Assembly: GCA_036391735.1 (NCBI GenBank)
Contig: DASVZI010000063.1
Location: 1-59,348, forward strand
Direction: 5' to 3'
DNA: 59,348 bases
Source of the DNA: Rhodocyclaceae bacterium
GTDB taxonomy: Bacteria; Pseudomonadota; Gammaproteobacteria; Burkholderiales; Rhodocyclaceae
The notes under the pieces are model-generated. The model was not told the DNA's origin. It worked only from the letters and a program-made list of their open reading frames with translations, and did not search any database. Shown piece by piece: positions 10,375 through 18,954 of this stretch. The number at the start of each line of letters is the position of its first letter. The first letter of the stretch is position 1. Both the position numbers and the translations under genes were made by a program.

Positions 10375-11355
10375 ATGAGAATCGCCATCCTCGGCGCCGG
10401 CGCCTGGGGCACCGCCCTGGCGCTGGCCTTCGCGCCGCGCCATGCCGTCGCCCTGTGGACCCTGGAAGCCGACCACGCCGCGGCGATGCGCGCTGATCGC
10501 GAGAACCGCCGCTTCCTGCCGGGCCACCCGCTGCCGGTCGACATGGCGATCAGCGACGACATTCCGACGACGCTGCGTGACGCCCAGTTCGCCATCGTCG
10601 CCACCCCGGTAGCCGGCCTGCGGCCGACGCTGGAGGCGCTGGCGCGCCATGCGCCGGGGCTGCCCTTCGTCTGGGTCTGCAAGGGCCTGGAAGCGCAAAG
10701 CGGCCTGCTGCCTCACCAGGTCGTAGACGCCACGCTGCACGAATCCCATTGCGGCGCCCTGACCGGCCCGAGCTTCGCCGAGGAAGTGGCCAACGGCCAG
10801 CCGACGGCGGTGACCCTCGCCTCCCGCGACGCCGCCTTCGCCAGGCACTGGGCCGAGGAACTGCACGGCCGCCGGCTGCGCATCTACGCCAACGACGACC
10901 TGATCGGCGCGGAAGTCGGCGGCGCCGTCAAGAACGTGCTCGCCATCGCCACCGGCATCTGCGACGGCCTCGGCCTCGGCCTCAATGCCCGCGCCGCGCT
11001 GCTCACTCGCGGACTGGCGGAGATCACCCGCTTCGGCGTCGCGCTCGGCGCCAAGCGCGAGACCTTCATGGGCCTCTCCGGCCTGGGCGACCTCATCCTC
11101 ACCTGTACCGGCGACCTCTCGCGCAACCGCCGCGTCGGCCTAGCGCTCGCCAAGGGCAAGCCGCTCGACGACATCACGCGCGAACTGGGCCACGTCGCCG
11201 AAGGCGTGCCGACCACCCGCGAGGTGATGCGCCGCGCCGCCGCGCTGGGCATCGACATGCCGATCACGGCGGCGGTCCACGACGTGCTCGAAGGAATCAT
11301 CGCGCCGACCGACGTGGTCGACCGCCTGATGCAGCGCGACACCAAGAGCGAGTAG
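10375..11355 (+). CDS. gpsA: NAD(P)H-dependent glycerol-3-phosphate dehydrogenase
   Basis: [16 protein letters not shown]... Rossmann motif; in-frame internal start of ORF 10207..11355. Confidence 0.9.
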   Translation: MRIAILGAGAWGTALALAFAPRHAVALWTLEADHAAAMRADRENRRFLPGHPLPVDMAISDDIPTTLRDAQFAIVATPVAGLRPTLEALARHAPGLPFVWVCKGLEAQSGLLPHQVVDATLHESHCGALTGPSFAEEVANGQPTAVTLASRDAAFARHWAEELHGRRLRIYANDDLIGAEVGGAVKNVLAIATGICDGLGLGLNARAALLTRGLAEITRFGVALGAKRETFMGLSGLGDLILTCTGDLSRNRRVGLALAKGKPLDDITRELGHVAEGVPTTREVMRRAAALGIDMPITAAVHDVLEGIIAPTDVVDRLMQRDTKSE

Positions 11356-11494
11356 CCAAGGCGCCCAAGGCGGTCGCATGGGCCGGCGGGGGTGCCCTGC
11401 TCTGCGCAGGTAAAGGAGGAGGCGGACGCCTTATCGCCCTTGTCCGCCGGGGGACACGGAGCAGAGCGGGGCAGCCTTGCCGGACCGAATGGCG

Positions 11495-11959
11495 CTACTC
11501 GCTCCCGACAAACCCGTTCTGCCGCCAGCCTTCGTACACCGTCACCGCCACCGCGTTAGACAAGTTGACGCTCCGATTCCCCGGCATCATCGGCAGCCGC
11601 AGCCAGGACTCGGCCGGGAACTCCGCCAACACTTCTTCGGGCAGCCCCCGCGATTCCGGCCCGAAGACGAACACGTCGCCCGGCTCCAGGCGCTGGTCGT
11701 GCAGGCGCCGCGTCGCCTTGGTCGTCATGGCGAACCAGCGCCGGCCGGCGAGCGCCGCGCGGCAGGCTGCCCAGTTGTCATGGACGGTCACCACGGCAAA
11801 CTCCGCGTAGTCCATCCCGGCGCGCCGCAGCGCCGGGGCATCGATGCTGAAGCCGAGCGGCTTGACGAGGTGCAGGGCCACGCCGGCGTTGGCGCACAAC
11901 CGCACGGCGTTGCCCGTATTGGGCGGGATTTCGGGCTGGTAGAGGACGACGTTGAACAT
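11495..11959 (-). CDS. trmL: tRNA (cytidine/uridine-2-prime-O)-methyltransferase (SpoU class)
   Basis: MFNVVLYQPEIPPNTGNAVRLCANAG... 154 aa; the E. coli gpsA region has the homologous gene. Confidence 0.85.
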   Translation of the reverse strand: MFNVVLYQPEIPPNTGNAVRLCANAGVALHLVKPLGFSIDAPALRRAGMDYAEFAVVTVHDNWAACRAALAGRRWFAMTTKATRRLHDQRLEPGDVFVFGPESRGLPEEVLAEFPAESWLRLPMMPGNRSVNLSNAVAVTVYEGWRQNGFVGSE

Positions 11960-12061
11960 ATGATCTGCAGAACGAGCCCTGTTGTCGTGACCGGGGACGG
12001 CGATGTGGGCCATAATGCGCCGTCGGCGCCATTGTCGCCGGAAACTTGATGGAGTGACCCA

Positions 12062-13771
12062 ATGGCCCGCGCGCCGGAACGGATCCGACTCGGGGACCTG
12101 CTGATCCAGCAGGGACTGCTCACCGAGGAGCAGCTCAAGCTCGCGCTCACCGAACAGAAGCGCAGCGGACGCAAGCTCGGCCGCATCTTCGTCGAGAGCG
12201 GCTACACCACGGAAGATTCGATCGCCAAGGCGCTCGCGCGCCAGCTGCGCGCCGAATACGTCGATCTGCGCAATTTCCAGCCCAAGCCGGACCTCATCAA
12301 GCTGATCCCCGAACCCCAGGCGCGCCGCTTCCGCGCCCTGGTGCTCGACGAGCGCAACGGCGTGCTGCAGGTCGGCTTCACCGACCCCGCCAACCTCGAG
12401 AACTACGACGACGTCTCGCGCCTGCTCAAGCGCGACTTCGACGTCGCCGTCATCATCGAGAGCCAGCTGTTGCCGCTGCTCGACCGCGTCTATCGCCGCA
12501 CCGAGGAAATCTCCAACCTCGCCAAGGACCTGACGCAGGAGATGGGCGACCTGCCGGGAGACTTCGGCGCCCTCCTCGGGACGACCCTGGGAGCCGAGGA
12601 CGCGCCGGTGGTGCGGCTGCTGCAGACGGTGTTCGAGGAGGCGATGAAGACCCGCGCCTCAGACATCCACATCGAGCCGCAGGAAAAGTCGCTGCTGATC
12701 CGCTTCCGCATCGACGGCGTGTTGCACGTCCAGACCGAGGCCGACAGCAAGATCTCCTCCGCCGTGGTGCTGCGCCTGAAGATCATGTCCGGGCTGGACA
12801 TCTCCGAGAAGCGCCTGCCGCAGGACGGCCGCTTCAACATCAAGCTGCGCGGCGCCAACGTCGACGTGCGGATCTCCACCATGCCGACGCAGTACGGCGA
12901 ATCGGTGGTGATGCGTCTGCTTGCGCAGAACGCCGGCCTGACCGAACTCGACCGCCTGCAGATGCCGCCGGCCGTGCTCGAGCGTTTCCGCCACGCCATC
13001 TCCAAGCCCTCGGGCATCGTGCTGGTCACCGGGCCGACCGGCTCGGGCAAGACCACCACGCTCTACGCCGCGCTCAACGAGCTGAACTCGCCCGAGAAGA
13101 AGATCATCACCGTCGAGGACCCGGTCGAGTACCGGCTGCCCGGCCTCAACCAGGTGCAGGTGCACGAGAAGATCGACCTCACCTTCTCGCGGGTGCTGCG
13201 CACCGCGCTGCGCCAGGACCCGGACATCATCCTGGTCGGCGAAATGCGCGACCAGGAGACCGCCGAGATCGGCATGCGGGCTGCCATGACGGGCCATATG
13301 GTGCTCTCCACGCTGCATACCAACGACGCGCTCACCACGCCGATCCGCCTGCTCGACATGGGCGTGCCGCGCTTCATGGTGGCGATGTCGATCCAGCTGG
13401 TACTGGCGCAGCGGTTGGTGCGGGTGATCTGCCAGAACTGCGCCGAGCCGCACGAACTGACGCCGCAGGAGCGCGAATGGCTGAAGTACGAGCTGGGCGA
13501 GCGCGTCGATGCCTTCAAGTACCGCCGCGGCGCCGGCTGCGCGCACTGCGCCAATACCGGCTACACCGGCCGCCAGGGCGTCTACGAGTTCGTCGAGATG
13601 ACCAACGCGCTGGCCGAAGCGGCCAACCACGGCGATCCCAACGAGTTCATCCGCATCGGCCGCGAGCAGATGGCGGGCAACACCCTGCGGCGCGACGCGG
13701 TGCGCCTGGTTGTAAACGGCGTCACCACGGTGGAAGAGGCGATGCACATTTCCAGCCAGCTGGAGGAATAG
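12062..13771 (+). CDS. mshE: MSHA pilus extension ATPase with N-terminal c-di-GMP-binding MshEN domain
   Basis: GspE/PilB ATPase core (Walker A GPTGSGKTT, tetracysteine CQNC...CAHC); N-terminal RLGDLLIQQGLLTEEQLKLALTEQ matches the MshEN c-di-GMP motif. Confidence 0.9.
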   Translation: MARAPERIRLGDLLIQQGLLTEEQLKLALTEQKRSGRKLGRIFVESGYTTEDSIAKALARQLRAEYVDLRNFQPKPDLIKLIPEPQARRFRALVLDERNGVLQVGFTDPANLENYDDVSRLLKRDFDVAVIIESQLLPLLDRVYRRTEEISNLAKDLTQEMGDLPGDFGALLGTTLGAEDAPVVRLLQTVFEEAMKTRASDIHIEPQEKSLLIRFRIDGVLHVQTEADSKISSAVVLRLKIMSGLDISEKRLPQDGRFNIKLRGANVDVRISTMPTQYGESVVMRLLAQNAGLTELDRLQMPPAVLERFRHAISKPSGIVLVTGPTGSGKTTTLYAALNELNSPEKKIITVEDPVEYRLPGLNQVQVHEKIDLTFSRVLRTALRQDPDIILVGEMRDQETAEIGMRAAMTGHMVLSTLHTNDALTTPIRLLDMGVPRFMVAMSIQLVLAQRLVRVICQNCAEPHELTPQEREWLKYELGERVDAFKYRRGAGCAHCANTGYTGRQGVYEFVEMTNALAEAANHGDPNEFIRIGREQMAGNTLRRDAVRLVVNGVTTVEEAMHISSQLEE

Positions 13772-13775
13772 GGCC

Positions 13776-15005
13776 GTGGGCGCCTTCTCTTATCGCGGAC
13801 GCAACGGCGCCGGGGAAATCGTGCTCGGCGTCGTGGAAGCCGCCACCGCCGGGGAGGTCGCCGGCAACCTGGCCAACACGGGCATCACGCCGATCGAGAT
13901 CAAGGCGGCGCCGGCCAGTGCGCTCAAGAAGGGCGACGGCATCCACCTCGACTTCTTCAAGCCGAAGATCGCTCACGTCGATGTGCTGCTGTTCACCCGG
14001 CAGATCCACACCCTGATGAAGGCCGGCGTGCCCGTGGTGCGCGCGCTGGCTGGGCTGCAGGAATCCGCGGTGAACCCGGCCATGAAGGAAGTGCTCGGCG
14101 ACGTGCGCGGCAGCCTCGAGTCCGGCCGCGACATGTCGGTGTCGCTGGCGCGGCATACTAAAGTATTCAACTCCTTCTACCTGGCGATGGTGCACGTCGG
14201 CGAGGTGACGGGCCGTCTGGAGGACGTGTTCCTGCGGCTGTTCGACCACCTCGACTTCGAGCGCTTCATGCGCGAGCAGGTCAAGTCGGCCCTGCGCTAT
14301 CCGAGCTTCGTCATCCTCGCCATGGTGGCCGCGATGGCGGTCATCAACGTGATGGTGATCCCGGAGTTCGCCAAGGTGTTCCAGGGCATGAATGCCGAGC
14401 TGCCGCTGCTGACGCGCGTGCTGATCGGCATTTCCGGCTTCGTCGTCAATTGGTGGTGGGCGCTGCTCGGCGCCGCCGGCGGGGCCGTCATGGCCTTCCG
14501 CAGCTGGACGGCGACGCAGGCGGGACGCTACACCTGGGACCGCGTCAAGCTCAAGATCCCGATCGCCGGCAAGATCGTGCACAAGGCGACACTGGCGCGC
14601 TTTGCGCGCAGCTTCTCGCTGGCATCTCGCTCCGGCGTGCCAATCATCCAGGCCATGACCACCGTGGCGCGCACCGTCGACAACGCCTACCTGGCCGAGA
14701 AGATCGAGCACATGCGCGATTCCGTCGAGCGCGGCGAGTCGGTGCTGCGGGCCGCCATCGGCACCGGCGCCTTCACGCCCATCGTGCTGCAGATGATCGC
14801 CGTCGGCGAGGAGTCGGGCTCGCTCGACGAGATGATGGACGAGATCGCCGGCATGTACCAGGGCGAGGTCGAGTACGAGCTCAAGACGCTGTCGCAGCAG
14901 GTCGAGCCGATCCTGATCGTGGCGCTCGGCGCCATGGTGCTCGTGCTGGCGCTCGGCATCTTCGTGCCGATGTGGGACCTGGGCAAGGTTGCGATCAAGC
15001 GGTGA
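13776..15005 (+). CDS. mshG: MSHA pilus platform protein (GspF/PilC family)
   Basis: Two GspF repeats and three TM segments; GTG start after GGAGGAA; 4 nt after mshE. Confidence 0.9.
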   Translation: MGAFSYRGRNGAGEIVLGVVEAATAGEVAGNLANTGITPIEIKAAPASALKKGDGIHLDFFKPKIAHVDVLLFTRQIHTLMKAGVPVVRALAGLQESAVNPAMKEVLGDVRGSLESGRDMSVSLARHTKVFNSFYLAMVHVGEVTGRLEDVFLRLFDHLDFERFMREQVKSALRYPSFVILAMVAAMAVINVMVIPEFAKVFQGMNAELPLLTRVLIGISGFVVNWWWALLGAAGGAVMAFRSWTATQAGRYTWDRVKLKIPIAGKIVHKATLARFARSFSLASRSGVPIIQAMTTVARTVDNAYLAEKIEHMRDSVERGESVLRAAIGTGAFTPIVLQMIAVGEESGSLDEMMDEIAGMYQGEVEYELKTLSQQVEPILIVALGAMVLVLALGIFVPMWDLGKVAIKR

Positions 15006-15128
15006 TGTTCCGAAAGTCATAGCTTTGCCCCCACAAATTTTGTGGCAAGTGCTAGACTGCGCGCGACACTTTCAATCCGCCGCCGAACCATGAAACTGTT
15101 CGGCCGCTTCGCTTACCGGGAGAAGACG

Positions 15129-15524
15129 ATGAAGGAAAAGGGTTTCACGCTGATCGAACTGATCGTTGTGATCGTGATCTTGGGCATTCTTGCCGCCACC
15201 GCCCTGCCCAAGTTCATCGACATCAAGAGTGATGCGCAGGACGCGGCGCTGCAAGGCGTTGCCGGCGCGGTGAGTTCCGCTTTCGCCACCAACTACGCGG
15301 CGTATCAGGTGAATAGCACGAAGGGCGTCCAAGTCGCCGGAAACGTCAGCGCGTCTTCCTTCACCAACATCATGGCGGGTTCCAGCCTGCCGACGGGTTA
15401 CTCCATGACCGGAACAGCCGCCTGCGGGACCACCGCGGGGGTTGCCGTGCAAATCTCCGTTTCGAACTCCAACAACGCTTCCGGGCACCAGAGCGCCTTG
15501 GCGACCCTGATCTGCACCGGCTGA
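15129..15524 (+). CDS. mshA: MSHA-type major pilin (type IVa prepilin)
   Basis: Short leader MKEKG then [18 protein letters not shown]; Cys pair near C-terminus; followed by a strong terminator. Confidence 0.8.
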   Translation: MKEKGFTLIELIVVIVILGILAATALPKFIDIKSDAQDAALQGVAGAVSSAFATNYAAYQVNSTKGVQVAGNVSASSFTNIMAGSSLPTGYSMTGTAACGTTAGVAVQISVSNSNNASGHQSALATLICTG

Positions 15525-15544
15525 TAATCCTCGAAATCGAACAA

Positions 15545-15576
15545 GGGCGGACGGCTTCCCCGTCCGCTTTTGCTTT
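15545..15576 (+). terminator. rho-independent terminator after the major pilin gene (coordinates approx)
   Basis: GCGGACGG-cttcc-CCGTCCGC stem followed by TTTTGCTTT. Confidence 0.6.
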
Positions 15577-15593
15577 CTGCAGCAGGTAACGTC

Positions 15594-15929
15594 GTGAGCG
15601 AAGCACAAAAGGAGCGGGGCGGAGTCCCGGACATCTGCGATCGCCTGGGCGAGCGCTTCCTGCGGCTCGTGCCCCTGAAGGCAGCCGAGGTCAAGGGGCG
15701 CAAGCGGCCCTCCGCGCAGGAGATCAGGTCGATCAGCGCGGGCGCCCTCGACCAGTTCTTCGCGGCAGCGCGCGAGGAACGCGTACGGCATCGGCTCGGC
15801 GTCATCGGCCGGGCCCGCGTCGCGTTCGGTCTTCAGCAGCGTCTGCTCAAGGCCGGCTACCCGCCGCCGCTGGTCAAGCAGGTGCTGTTCGCCCTGCTGG
15901 CCGCGGCCTTTACGGGCGACAAGCGCTAG
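15594..15929 (+). CDS. hypothetical protein, first gene of the insert between mshA and mshQ
   Basis: 111 aa from a GTG preceded by AGGTAA; no recognisable domain; start uncertain. Confidence 0.35.
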   Translation: MSEAQKERGGVPDICDRLGERFLRLVPLKAAEVKGRKRPSAQEIRSISAGALDQFFAAAREERVRHRLGVIGRARVAFGLQQRLLKAGYPPPLVKQVLFALLAAAFTGDKR

Positions 15930-15934
15930 ACACA

Positions 15935-16648
15935 ATGCGGTGGATCAAGGACGCGCTGGGCAAGGCGCTGTCTTCCTGGGTGGCGCGGCACGGCCTCGAC
16001 CATCCGGCTTCCCGCCAGCCCTCGCCCTTCGACTTCGACCTGCCGGGCCGCAAGTTCCTGCATGTCGGCTGTGGCTCCGCGTCCAAGCCTGCCGTGCCGA
16101 AATGTTTCCTGCCGGACGAGTGGCGCGAAATCCGCCTGGACATCGATCCAGCGGTGTCGCCCGACGTCGTGGCCAGCATGCTCGACATGGCGCCGGTTCC
16201 GGATGCCCGCGTGGACGGCATCTACTCCTCGCACAACATCGAGCATCTCTATCCCCATGAAGTGCCGGTCGCCCTGGGCGAGTTCCTGCGCGTCCTGAAA
16301 CCGGGCGGCTTCCTCGTCGCGACCTGTCCCGACCTGCAGAGCGTTTCCCGCCTCATCGCCGACGACCGCCTCGAGGAGCCCGCATACGTCTCCGCCGTCG
16401 GGCCCATCGCTCCGCTGGACATCCTTTATGGCCACCGTTCCGAGATGGCCGCGGGCAATCTCTTCATGGCGCACCGGACGGGGTTCACGCTGCGCACCCT
16501 CGTCGACGCGGTGCGCGCCGCCGGGTTTGCCTCCGTCGGCGGCCTCCGGCGCGAACGCTGGCTGGACCTGTGGATCGTCGCGACCAAATCGCCGGCCACG
16601 GAGGATGAGATCGCGCGGCTCATGGAAGCCTGCCTGCCAAATGAATAG
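15935..16648 (+). CDS. class I SAM-dependent methyltransferase
   Basis: Motif I LHVGCGS, LKPGGFLVATCPD; 237 aa; 8-nt overlap with the downstream TPR/GT41 gene. Confidence 0.75.
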   Translation: MRWIKDALGKALSSWVARHGLDHPASRQPSPFDFDLPGRKFLHVGCGSASKPAVPKCFLPDEWREIRLDIDPAVSPDVVASMLDMAPVPDARVDGIYSSHNIEHLYPHEVPVALGEFLRVLKPGGFLVATCPDLQSVSRLIADDRLEEPAYVSAVGPIAPLDILYGHRSEMAAGNLFMAHRTGFTLRTLVDAVRAAGFASVGGLRRERWLDLWIVATKSPATEDEIARLMEACLPNE

Positions 16649-18878
16649 CGCGTCCCTGTCCGCCCGTGCGGCGGGCCGGCTGTGGATGTACGCCGGGCGC
16701 TGGCTGGCGCGCCAGGGCATGACGGCATTGGCCGAGACCTGCTATCGCAACGGTGCGGCGGCGGGAGTCGGCGGTGCGTCGGCCGAGGCCGGCTTCCTGC
16801 TGAGCCAGCAACTGCTTGCGAGGGGACGGGATCGCGAGGCGATTGCCGCCTGCGAGGAGGTGCTGCGCACGGACCCGCGGCATGCGCGCGCCTGGTGCGC
16901 GCTGGGGGCCGCGCGGCGACGGCAGGCGCAGATGGACGAGGCGCGCGAGGCCTTCGAACGGGCGGTGGCCATCGATCCCCGCTATGCGCAGGCGTGGAGC
17001 AACCTGGGCGAATGGCATCTGATGAAGGGACAGTTCGGCGCCGCTCTCGAGCACATCGACAAGGCGCTGCAGTGCGATCCCGGCCTGGTCGAAGCCCTCA
17101 ACAACCGGGTGGCCGTCCTCTACGAACTCGGCCGCTACAAGGAGGCCGAAGCGACGGCCAAGGAAGCCATCGAGCTTCATCCCGACAACGCGGCCCTGAA
17201 CGTCAATATGGGCAACGTCCTGCTTCATGTCGGCAAGTCGCGGCTGGCGCTCAAGTGCTTCCGCAAAGCGCTCGAGTGCGATCCCGGCTGTGCCGAGGCC
17301 CACCTCAACCTCGCCATGATGCTCGGCGAGACGGCGCGATTCGGCGAAGTCATCGAATACCTCGAGCATGAGATCGCGGTCAAGGGCGAGAGCGCCCATC
17401 GTCTCGCGGCATTGGCGCTGGCGCAGAGCGTCACGGGCGACATCGAGGCGGCCCAGGCGACCTGCCGCAAGATCCTCGAGGACCACCCGGACAACGTCTC
17501 GGCGCTGATCACGCTGGCCGGCTGCCTGGGCGAGCGCGGCGAACACCTGGAGGCGATGGAACTGCAGAAGCAGGTGCTCGAGGCCAATCCGCAGCTGCAG
17601 TCCGTCTGTTCCAGCGCGGCCTTCAATGCCACCTACCTGGCCGAGTACTCGGCCGAGCAGGTGTACGCCTGCCACCAGGACTGGGCTCAGCGCTTCGAGG
17701 CGCCGTTTGCGGCCGAGGCGATCGTCCACGCGCCTGCCAACCAGCCTGACCGTCCCCTGAGAATCGGCTACGTCTCCGGCGATTTCGGCACCCATCCGGT
17801 CGGTTTCCTGCTGCGCGACGTCACCCGCCATCACGACCGCACGAACTACTACATCCACTGCTACTCGATGATGCGGGGCAGCGATCCGATCACCGAAACC
17901 ATCCGGGCCAACGCCGATTCCTGGGTCGATGCCCTGCTGCTCGGCGACGAGGAGCTGGTCGAGCAGATACGCCAGGACCGCATCGACATCCTGGTCGACC
18001 TCTCGGGCCACACCGCGTACAACCGGCTCCCCGTGTTCGTACGCCGTCCGGCGCCGGTGCAGGCCACCTGGATCGGCTACTTCCATTCGACCGGGCTCTC
18101 GAGCATCGACTACTTCATCACCGATCCCTACACGAGCCCGGCGGGCAGCGGGCAGCTGTTCTCGGAGACGCCGGTGTGGCTGCCGCACTCGCGCTTCTGC
18201 TACTCGCCGCCGGACTATGCGCCCCCTGTCGCGCCGCCGCCCCTGCTCGCCGGAGGCGCGCCGGTATTCGGCTGCTTCAATCGCATCGAAAAGGTCGGCG
18301 ACAACGTGGTAGCCGCCTGGGCGAAGATCCTCGAGGCGGCGCCCGGCAGCCGCCTGCTGCTCAAGGCGGGCAACCTCAAGAGCGGCTACTTGTGCGACGA
18401 GATGCGCCGCCGCTTCGCCGCCCATGGCATCGGCGCCGACCGGCTCGATCTGCGCGGCGGCTCGCCGCATCCGGAAATGCTCGAGCAGTACGGCGAGATC
18501 GACATCGCGCTCGATCCCTTCCCGTTCAACGGCGGCATGACGACCCTCGAAGCCCTCTGGATGGGCGTGCCCGTAGTGACGCTCGCCGGCAGCAGCGTGG
18601 TCTCGCGGCAAACCGTCGCCGCGCTGGCCAACATCGGGCTGGCGGGCGAACTGGCATTTCCGGATATCGATGCGTATGTCCGCGGCGCCGCGGCACTGGC
18701 GGCCGATCCGGCGCGCCTGGCGCGGCTGCGCGAGGAGTTGCGGCCGCGCATGGAGGCGAGCCCGCTGCGGCGCGCCGAGGAGTTTACGCGCGACCTCGAG
18801 GCGTTGTTCCGCAGGGCGTGGCAGGCCCATTGTCGCGGCGAGCGGCTGCCCGACGACACGAGGCGCGAGAGACAATGA
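16641..18878 (+). CDS. TPR-repeat protein fused to a GT41 (O-GlcNAc transferase-like) glycosyltransferase domain
   Basis: About 8 TPR units (...AWCALGAARRRQAQMDEA..., ...AWSNLGEWHLMKGQ...) then C-terminal region with OGT-like signatures (RIGYVSGDFGTHPVGFLL...PVQATWIGYFHSTGL...LDPFPFNGGMTTLEALWMGVPVVTL). Confidence 0.8.
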   Translation: MNSASLSARAAGRLWMYAGRWLARQGMTALAETCYRNGAAAGVGGASAEAGFLLSQQLLARGRDREAIAACEEVLRTDPRHARAWCALGAARRRQAQMDEAREAFERAVAIDPRYAQAWSNLGEWHLMKGQFGAALEHIDKALQCDPGLVEALNNRVAVLYELGRYKEAEATAKEAIELHPDNAALNVNMGNVLLHVGKSRLALKCFRKALECDPGCAEAHLNLAMMLGETARFGEVIEYLEHEIAVKGESAHRLAALALAQSVTGDIEAAQATCRKILEDHPDNVSALITLAGCLGERGEHLEAMELQKQVLEANPQLQSVCSSAAFNATYLAEYSAEQVYACHQDWAQRFEAPFAAEAIVHAPANQPDRPLRIGYVSGDFGTHPVGFLLRDVTRHHDRTNYYIHCYSMMRGSDPITETIRANADSWVDALLLGDEELVEQIRQDRIDILVDLSGHTAYNRLPVFVRRPAPVQATWIGYFHSTGLSSIDYFITDPYTSPAGSGQLFSETPVWLPHSRFCYSPPDYAPPVAPPPLLAGGAPVFGCFNRIEKVGDNVVAAWAKILEAAPGSRLLLKAGNLKSGYLCDEMRRRFAAHGIGADRLDLRGGSPHPEMLEQYGEIDIALDPFPFNGGMTTLEALWMGVPVVTLAGSSVVSRQTVAALANIGLAGELAFPDIDAYVRGAAALAADPARLARLREELRPRMEASPLRRAEEFTRDLEALFRRAWQAHCRGERLPDDTRRERQ

Positions 18879-18954
18879 TCGATATGCGGTATCTTCGCGG
18901 TACGTTTTGGGCGGCGCCCCAGGGGCCGCTTGGTTCGTTCGGCGGGAGGAGGCC

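Noticed and set aside
11421-11448. Hairpin GGCGGAC-n14-GTCCGCC between gpsA and trmL as a bidirectional terminator
   Set aside because: There is no flanking T/A tract on either strand and the loop is long; not supported well enough to list as a feature.
15040-15070. Possible sigma54 promoter (TGGCA...GC) upstream of the pilin gene
   Set aside because: The GG-to-GC spacing does not fit the -24/-12 consensus.
15042-15128. Longer N-terminus for the pilin ([29 protein letters not shown]...)
   Set aside because: Type IVa prepilins have short basic leaders ending in Gly before the FTLIEL segment; MKEKG at 15129 fits, the 29-residue extension does not.
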